Below, piece by piece: positions 18,547 to 24,547 of a DNA stretch of 51,401 nt; positions within the stretch are counted from its first letter, which is position 1; each line of letters starts with the position of its first letter. The stretch covers positions 1 to 51,401 of the forward strand of contig JBBDNJ010000332.1 of NCBI GenBank assembly GCA_040877705.1, given 5' to 3'. The notes beneath the pieces are model-generated. The model did no database searches and was not told where the DNA came from. It saw only the letters and a list, made by a program, of their open reading frames with translations. Origin of the DNA: Candidatus Binatia bacterium (GTDB lineage: Bacteria > Desulfobacterota > Binatia > UBA9968). A program made the translations under genes and the position numbers.

Positions 18547-18625
18547 CACGACCGTTCCTCTGCGGCACATGCTGGATCATGCCAAAGAGGCGGTCAGCAT
18601 GGCTCGGGATAAAACTCAGGCTTAG
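18533..18625 (+). pseudogene. truncated HepT (DUF86) toxin remnant
   Basis: ATG at 18533 overlaps the MNT 3' end as in HepT/MNT operons. It encodes only [30 protein letters not shown] then TAG at 18623-18625, against more than 110 aa for intact HepT. The R-x4-HxY region is absent. Confidence 0.55.
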
Positions 18626-18716
18626 ACTCTGTCAAAATCTCGTGCGCAAAGTATTTTTTTGACGCTTTCCCACGGGGAAACGCCTCCTGTTAGCCGTTGG
18701 TTTGCTGATTCGAGAA

Positions 18717-19499
18717 TCAAAGTACCAGGCAACCAGCCGCAAGCCCGGTGTAAGGATCGCGGAGAAACAGGATGACAGGAAGGTCGGCTCTGTACTTCAA
18801 TGATCGGATTTGGGAATTGAATCCTTTGCCAAGAGAGTTGGTTACCATACCTGCAAGAATCTTAATAACTGGGTCGTAGTAGAGTGAAATATCAATTGCT
18901 ATAGCAGCCTGCCGCGTTTTTCCCAATTGTTTAGCCTTTGATCTAAAAGCTCGGCGTAATCTTAGCGCAGGTTTGTCATCAAGGAGAAATGATTCAAATC
19001 GAGAGTTTAAGAATTCGCCGTCATTACCATGAATGATCGCTTTTACTTCAATTCGGTACTGTGTATCACCTTGCGTTACAACTATATCAAATCGCCGCTT
19101 TCCTAGATTTGGCTCAGATGTGATTCCCTGAGAAGTAAAGTAATCTAGCAAAATAAGTTCGCTCCACAGTCCTTCAAAATCATCCTGTCTTTTCCAAAAG
19201 AACCGCTTATTGACATCATGGTCGAATGTTAAATTTTTGTATTGGTTCCGTAGCATTTGATAGATTTTGTTGACACCTTGACCAAAATTAGCGGGCAAGA
19301 TCTTAGAGGTAACGAAGCCCTGCCAAAACAACCGAGTGAACAGGTAAGACACTTTATCGTCCTTTCGATTCTTAACCGCATCAGCTTGTTCTTTGAGCCA
19401 GTCCCGGCCTAGGAAATCTTGTTGCAACCCCACAGTAGATATCAGATAGTTCTGATAATCATGTATATGCTCAACTATCCTATTTAACTCTTCTGCCAT
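18717..19499 (-). CDS. PD-(D/E)xK nuclease-like protein, second gene of the candidate defence operon
   Basis: 260 aa. E114 (LWSELILL), D138 (RRFDIVV) and E151-V-K153 (YRIEVKA, nt 19041-19049) have the spacing of a restriction-endonuclease-like core. 11-nt gap to the upstream gene with AGGAAG before the ATG. Confidence 0.6.
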   Translation of the reverse strand: MAEELNRIVEHIHDYQNYLISTVGLQQDFLGRDWLKEQADAVKNRKDDKVSYLFTRLFWQGFVTSKILPANFGQGVNKIYQMLRNQYKNLTFDHDVNKRFFWKRQDDFEGLWSELILLDYFTSQGITSEPNLGKRRFDIVVTQGDTQYRIEVKAIIHGNDGEFLNSRFESFLLDDKPALRLRRAFRSKAKQLGKTRQAAIAIDISLYYDPVIKILAGMVTNSLGKGFNSQIRSLKYRADLPVILFLRDPYTGLAAGCLVL

Positions 19500-19510
19500 T
19501 GTGTCGCTTC

Positions 19511-21598
19511 CTAACGTTTAGAATTCACTAGATTTATCAGTGCGTCTAAATCAACGAGTTGAATCGGCTTATCTTGCACGAAGGAGTACGCTTGAGAAGT
19601 GAACGCGCCCGTCGTAATTATGTAGCCAGATTGTGCTCCCGCGCCCATAAGTGAACCGTAAAACTCTCGAATTACAGGTTCTCCGATTGAAGCATTCCAA
19701 CGTTTGCATTGAACAACAACAAGCTGATGATCTTTACGCATCAACAAGTCTATTCCGTGATCCCCACTTATCGGCGTGATCTCAACCGAGTAGCCCATCT
19801 CGCGAAAGGCCCGTGCAACAAACTCTTCGAAGTCTAAGCGGCTCATGGCGCAGAGCTTGTTAGCGAGGTCTAACGACGTTGCTGATGTAGCGAGGTAGCC
19901 AAATGAAACGAGTGCTTCTCTTGTAAGATTAAGGCTTACGCGTTCTGTCTCATTGGTACGAGTATATTCCAGCAACCTCTTCATCAGAACTCTGGCGTTC
20001 CCCGGAGATCCTTCGCAGTACTTGGCCAGCAAGTCGGCAGCCTCGGGTTCAACAGAGATGTTTTCCTGTTTCGCTATTAACTGCAGCATTTGTCCAATCT
20101 CATGCACGCTGTATGGCGCGAAATCATACACAATCATCCAGCGGCGTAGCCGTTTGTTTACTTGTGAGGGCCTGGATGTTGTACCAATTAGGGTGAAATA
20201 TTTCAGTTCTACATTCGGACCGACGTTGCGGACACTTGAACCCTCTCCCATCGTAATGGCAACGGAAGGATTCTCAAGCACTTGGACCAAAGCCTCGACG
20301 ATCGGTTCTTTGAGCAGGTCGATTCGCTCAACAATAGACAAACCGCCCGCTTGCAATGATATCAGCAAGTCTTCGAGATCTTCAGGCCTGTCGAGTGAAG
20401 CTGCATCGCTGGATTGAATGCTTGTTTGCATTTCATTCGCGATGGCGCCCGCTAAGGTGGCTTTTCCGATCTCGCGTGGTCCGCAGAGTAGCAGGTGAGG
20501 CAAGCGCTGCGAGTTTCGTCTAGCCGTGTCGATCCGTGCCCTTAGATCTTTCTTAATTGCTTCTTGGCCCACATAGTCAAGAAGACATCCAAGGACAGGT
20601 TTGGCGTCAGTAAAGTTATAGACGGCCATCAACCTGCGAAGGCTCCTGTCCACGCGTGCGGAATTTCTGGTTGTTCCAATTAAAGTGAACAGTTTAACGG
20701 GAAGTTGTATGCTCCGCGCAGCAGGTCCCTGTCCAATCATGATATCGATCTGAAAATCTGCAAGCGCAGAAAGCAGACCCTGCAAAACCACTTTATTCAT
20801 CAACTCGATCTGCTCAATGAGGATTATGTGTCCCTCGTCAAGATTAGTAAGTAAGGCCGCTAAATCGCCAGACCCCTCTATAACGGCAGCGCTGGTATAC
20901 CGGATGTTAACTCCCATCTCCCTAGAGATCTCGCGTGCCAACGAAGCTGTCCCAGGTTCGAATGAACCGCAAAGCAGCAGATGAGGCAGTGGCTCGTTTT
21001 TACCCTTTGCTGCCGCGATCAGTCTCTGCAGATCCTGTATAGGATGTTTCAGCTCTGCGTATGTTAGCAGCGCTGAAAAAGTGGACAATTCACGAATGAA
21101 GTTCTCAAGTTCTCTTTCAAGGTCCGTAAGGACTTCCGACCCGCTAACCTGATTCTTGTAGGTTCTCACTTCCGCGAGCGCCGCAGAAATTAGGACAAAC
21201 TTTTCTTTGTAATTGCTAGCGAAACCAGCTTTGGACCGTGCCTCCTTCGCTTTTGACTTTAGTGATTCTAAAATCAAGTTATCTTTCTTCTTTTGATCCT
21301 CAAACCCATTCTTCTTCGCGCTGTATTCGAGCAATAGTGCACTGGGCAACGGCTTACCGGTTGGAATCTCATTTTTTTCGTATTTGAGTAGCGCCTCTGC
21401 CACCTTAATGATCGCGTGACATGCTGAAATTTTATTATTGAGACTCGTATTAGCTTCGAGATTCTTCTTCGACTCGTCAACTGTTTGAGTTCGCTCCGCG
21501 ATGTCCTTTGATATCACGGGATCACATTCGCGGCAGAGACCCTGGATCGAAACCCGCAGAAACCATCCAGCGCGTCCGCAAGTTTTACATGTGGCCAT
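19511..21598 (-). CDS. multidomain protein: CxxC-x14-CxxC zinc ribbon, helical region, two degenerate RuvB-like AAA+ modules, C-terminal Mrr-type restriction endonuclease domain
   Basis: 695 aa. C4/C7/C22/C25 zinc ribbon. aa 185-330 and 345-547 each align to the RuvB core (GVNIRYTSAAVIEGSGDLAALLTNL...DFQIDIMIGQGPAARSIQLPVKLFTLIGTTR versus RuvB [25 protein letters not shown]...[32 protein letters not shown]). aa 586-690 are Mrr_cat-like (FEEFVARAFREMGY...GDHGIDLL...VVVQCKR). Confidence 0.8.
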   Translation of the reverse strand: MATCKTCGRAGWFLRVSIQGLCRECDPVISKDIAERTQTVDESKKNLEANTSLNNKISACHAIIKVAEALLKYEKNEIPTGKPLPSALLLEYSAKKNGFEDQKKKDNLILESLKSKAKEARSKAGFASNYKEKFVLISAALAEVRTYKNQVSGSEVLTDLERELENFIRELSTFSALLTYAELKHPIQDLQRLIAAAKGKNEPLPHLLLCGSFEPGTASLAREISREMGVNIRYTSAAVIEGSGDLAALLTNLDEGHIILIEQIELMNKVVLQGLLSALADFQIDIMIGQGPAARSIQLPVKLFTLIGTTRNSARVDRSLRRLMAVYNFTDAKPVLGCLLDYVGQEAIKKDLRARIDTARRNSQRLPHLLLCGPREIGKATLAGAIANEMQTSIQSSDAASLDRPEDLEDLLISLQAGGLSIVERIDLLKEPIVEALVQVLENPSVAITMGEGSSVRNVGPNVELKYFTLIGTTSRPSQVNKRLRRWMIVYDFAPYSVHEIGQMLQLIAKQENISVEPEAADLLAKYCEGSPGNARVLMKRLLEYTRTNETERVSLNLTREALVSFGYLATSATSLDLANKLCAMSRLDFEEFVARAFREMGYSVEITPISGDHGIDLLMRKDHQLVVVQCKRWNASIGEPVIREFYGSLMGAGAQSGYIITTGAFTSQAYSFVQDKPIQLVDLDALINLVNSKR

Positions 21599-21657
21599 AT
21601 TTTAAAAAAAATTTCGGCAAAGACTGCAGAAATGACGCCGACCCTGCACTAAAAGCG

Positions 21658-21699
21658 TTATGATTCTGCCTTATTATGATTCTCTTGAAATAACGTCAA
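21658..21699 (-). promoter_or_regulatory. candidate promoter/operator region of the defence-like operon
   Basis: Minus strand TTGACG (21694-21699), then CATAAT/TAATAA 15-17 nt downstream. A 10-bp direct repeat TTATGATTCT lies at 21658-21667 and 21674-21683 (plus-strand reading), 60-85 nt upstream of the ATG. Confidence 0.3.
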
Positions 21700-21760
21700 G
21701 AGAAATTGAAAACGAACTAGGATCGGATTGTCTCCACGTTTGGCCATCGCTCTCCGGAAT

Positions 21761-21788
21761 TTTCAACGCCCTGACAATAATTCGTTGA
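21761..21788 (+). repeat. copy A of a 20-nt motif TTTCAACGCCCTGACAATAA with hairpin (TCAACG/CGTTGA)
   Basis: Motif at 21761-21780; stem arms at 21763-21768 and 21783-21788. Confidence 0.6.
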
Positions 21789-22337
21789 GACATAACACCC
21801 AACGTGTAACCCTGACCGTCAGGCCGCGTAGAGAACCCATCCGATCTCCCCGGTCCGTAACCTTTGAGACTATCCGACGCTACCGGAATAAATCCGCAAA
21901 GACGTCCGTATGCCCCGGCGAAGAACGAAACCGACGGTGGTGTCAAAGATCCCGGAGCGCTTTACGCAGGGGACGAGAGGGACTTGCAAATTGTGCAGTC
22001 TGGAGAAGCTGATATGATTTTTTATTCTTCTAATACTGGAATGGCTCCGCTCTCCGATTTGAATATAAGCTTGAACCGAGCGGATTTGGAAAAGGGAACT
22101 GCAAAACGAGCTTGATGAAAAGTTTGCCGACGCGCTTTTAAGTCAGACCGAGAATATTTCAGAGCAAGAATCGCAAGCAACGATGGAACGTGCTTGGTGA
22201 GTGCCTCGATCTTACAAGCCCCGAGAGATCCGATGACCGATAATTTCGATTAGGACAAAGATCTCATGTTCGTTGGAGACAGAAGAACTCTCCACCGTAA
22301 CGCGGTGAGATTAGCGCGTGAATAACTTCCATCTCGT

Positions 22338-22545
22338 TCACATGATCAGCCAAAAAACCAGCGGGATCTTAAAAATGGAAATAAAAGTATTGAGCACGAC
22401 GATGGACGCGGCCAGGCCGGGATCTTGGCGGTAGTTTCCGGTCAGGATGAAATTGATGACCGCAGTCGGCAGCGCGCCGTAGAGAAGCAGCACCTGACGG
22501 TTGACGTCTTCGGCGCCGATCAAGTTCACGGCGAGCCTAGGGGCA
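22338..22545 (-). pseudogene. 3' fragment of an AEC-family (auxin efflux carrier-like) transporter gene
   Basis: ...NLIGAEDVNRQVLLLYGALPTAVINFILTGNYRQDPGLAASIVVLNTFISIFKIPLVFWLIM parallels the last ~70 aa of the intact gene at 24951-25826. About the first 220 codons are missing. Confidence 0.65.
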
Positions 22546-22720
22546 AACCTTTCCTCTACCTGGTTCGCGAGGCAAAGGAGCTTCTGCAACTAAAAAAACT
22601 TCGCCCCAACGAAACCTGAAAGACTATATGCGGCCAAAAGCATTTCAAAGATGCCCCTAGACGTTGACTCAAGATCGTTAGTACTATCGATGAAATACGA
22701 TAGCGGACGAATTTTTTTGT

Positions 22721-22741
22721 TCGGAATTATCAGTTTAACAA
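22721..22741 (+). repeat. left terminal inverted repeat
   Basis: TCGGAATTATCAGTTTAACAA; perfect 21/21 match to the reverse complement of 23656-23676. Confidence 0.85.
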
Positions 22742-22762
22742 AGCAGTACCCCGTGGTATAGG
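22735..22762 (+). promoter_or_regulatory. candidate promoter partly inside the left inverted repeat, implying a leaderless mRNA
   Basis: TTAACA (22735-22740), 16-nt spacer ending in TGG (extended -10 TGn), TATAGG (22757-22762). The ATG at 22769 is 7 nt after the -10 and has no Shine-Dalgarno sequence. Confidence 0.3.
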
Positions 22763-22768
22763 CGCGGC

Positions 22769-23587
22769 ATGGAACAATATCGTAAAGCTTTCATCTATCG
22801 GTTTTGGCAGGAAACAAAACCTTGGTTTACGCCGAAGTCGAAATTGTGGGTTACGATCTCCTTGGCTGTTATTGGCTTTGGCCTCCGTTGGTTTTCGGCT
22901 GGGAGGAGCGAGGCCATAAGTTGGTTTTGGTTTGTCATTGCACCCGTCCTCGTCCTTTTAGTCATGGTATGTTTAATCAATCTTTTTCGCACTTCATCTC
23001 TTTTGCATAAAAAGGCGGAGGACGATCATTCAAAAGAGATCGCTCAAGCAAAAGAAGAGATCTACCGTCTACAAAACGCGGTTGATGAGTTGCAAGCCCT
23101 TATTGCCCCAAAACTCGACATTTTATTCGAAGATCAGCCCAAATACGTCATTGTCGATATGAATCCATTGAATGGGATTTCTCACAGAACTTTTAGAATA
23201 GGCGTAAAAAACCGCAGCATGATTAGCATAGACGCCACGCTTCAATTAACGGAAATATCACCCGATCATGAAAGATTTCACAGTTTGGAGATGGAAGATA
23301 TGACATTCAGTCATCTAAGGCTCCCAAAAGAGTTTTGCAGCTTTAATCTTGCGCCTCAAGACGAAAGGCTAATAGAGATCGTATCAAAACGGGACGGGCA
23401 AGATTACTCAACCAAGATCCGATTACATCTTCCAGCGCCAGACGTTATGGCTCAGGGTTCCTATGTATTTAAGCTCTGCGCGACTGGGTCTAACACGCCA
23501 CCATGCGTGAAACACTTTCAAGTTTCTATAGATAATGGGCACCTTAAATTTGAACTGATCAGATCAAGGCCATCCGTAGTGCGTTGA
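22769..23587 (+). CDS. membrane-anchored protein of unknown function (two N-terminal TM helices, coiled coil, beta-rich C-terminal domain)
   Basis: 272 aa. TM segments LWVTISLAVIGFGLRWF and FWFVIAPVLVLLVMVCLINLF, then EIAQAKEEIYRLQNAVDELQALI. No DDE, HUH or recombinase motifs seen. Confidence 0.7.
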   Translation: MEQYRKAFIYRFWQETKPWFTPKSKLWVTISLAVIGFGLRWFSAGRSEAISWFWFVIAPVLVLLVMVCLINLFRTSSLLHKKAEDDHSKEIAQAKEEIYRLQNAVDELQALIAPKLDILFEDQPKYVIVDMNPLNGISHRTFRIGVKNRSMISIDATLQLTEISPDHERFHSLEMEDMTFSHLRLPKEFCSFNLAPQDERLIEIVSKRDGQDYSTKIRLHLPAPDVMAQGSYVFKLCATGSNTPPCVKHFQVSIDNGHLKFELIRSRPSVVR

Positions 23588-23608
23588 GCGCTGCTTTCCC
23601 GGGGAAAC

Positions 23609-23638
23609 TTTCAACACCCTGACAATTAGGGTGGTTGA
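23609..23638 (+). repeat. copy B of the 20-nt motif (TTTCAACACCCTGACAATTA) with hairpin
   Basis: Motif at 23609-23628. TCAACACCCT / AGGGT-G-GTTGA forms a 10-bp stem with a one-base bulge (23611-23638). Confidence 0.6.
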
Positions 23639-23655
23639 TTGGGATTTTATCATCC

Positions 23656-23676
23656 TTGTTAAACTGATAATTCCGA
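23656..23676 (-). repeat. right terminal inverted repeat
   Basis: TTGTTAAACTGATAATTCCGA; reverse complement identical to 22721-22741. Confidence 0.85.
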
Positions 23677-23754
23677 TTTTGTTTCTTCCAATTCCCAAAA
23701 CCTTTCGAGGCTAAGTCTTTACTTTTTAGCTAAATTCGTTTTTTAACCAAAAAT

Positions 23755-23787
23755 TTTCAACGCGACGACAATAAACAGTGTGTCGCG
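23755..23787 (+). repeat. copy C of the 20-nt motif (TTTCAACGCGACGACAATAA) with hairpin (CGCGAC/GTCGCG)
   Basis: Motif at 23755-23774; stem arms at 23761-23766 and 23782-23787. About 75 nt upstream of the ATG at 23850. Confidence 0.6.
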
Positions 23788-23849
23788 ATAAACTACCGAG
23801 CGGTGTGCCCTTAGCTTACCCGTCGAACAGCGAAAGGAGGTTGTTTGGC

Positions 23850-24158
23850 ATGAAATACTCTTTACCTATTTTGAAGTTGTACTTATCAAAGTTCGGTGAT
23901 CAAGACAGCCGGGAGGACGGCAATGCGATTCTCTCCAAAGCTAACACGGTCCCTCTTAACCCGCAAAAATTTAGCAAAAAAGCAGCCCAAGAGGGTGTAC
24001 CTTGGGCTACGTGGCTCGGACTTAAACAGTTGAGTGGGTTTGCCGAAGGAAGCGAGCGGAGATCCGTATTCGTTTATTATCGGCTGCTGCAAGGCGTCAT
24101 CGAAACCTATGTGCTTGTTCGGCCAATCGAAACTCTGGACGCTGTTATAAGCTGCTAA
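23850..24158 (+). CDS. hypothetical protein
   Basis: ATG at 23850 is preceded by GAAAGGAGG (strong RBS). 102 aa, MKYSLPILKLYLSKFGDQDS...; no recognisable family. Confidence 0.45.
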   Translation: MKYSLPILKLYLSKFGDQDSREDGNAILSKANTVPLNPQKFSKKAAQEGVPWATWLGLKQLSGFAEGSERRSVFVYYRLLQGVIETYVLVRPIETLDAVISC

Positions 24159-24547
24159 AGAATCTCACAGATAACGGCACGGGAACGGACACTGCACTCT
24201 CAAATATAAGGCCACTGGCTTTATGGGATGGTCCGAACCAGACTGCCTATCGGCTTTTTCCTCTCCCAGCGCAAACAAAGAAACGGCGCGGCACTGTTAT
24301 TCATGTTGATCACTGCAACCAAGTGGCGTTTTTTTCCTCTTATGTTGATTCGATCTGGCCGCGGATCTGGAAAAATAATTTGCTGGAATACACGGACTAC
24401 GAACTTCTACCGCAGGAGAGAGAAGCCCCTGCTGCTCTGAAAGATAAGAGAATCATTTACCGGAATGTGTTTGTCATGTTGGAAACAGGCTGAGCGCGGA
24501 TCCATAATTTGTGGGTTTCTGTCGTAAACACTTTGGAGGAGAACGAA

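Larger units (their letters stand above)
22721..23676. mobile_element. 956-bp element bounded by perfect 21-bp terminal inverted repeats and a 6-bp direct repeat, carrying one non-transposase ORF
   Basis: TCGGAATTATCAGTTTAACAA at 22721-22741 is the exact reverse complement of 23656-23676. TTTTGT lies immediately outside both ends (22715-22720 and 23677-23682). Confidence 0.45.

Noticed and set aside
21674-22115. Tracked ORFs 21674-21946 (minus), 21728-22012 (plus) and 21864-22115 (plus).
   Set aside because: They overlap each other, lack ribosome-binding sites and have implausible composition. I treated the region as decayed or non-coding, reported as a finding rather than as genes.
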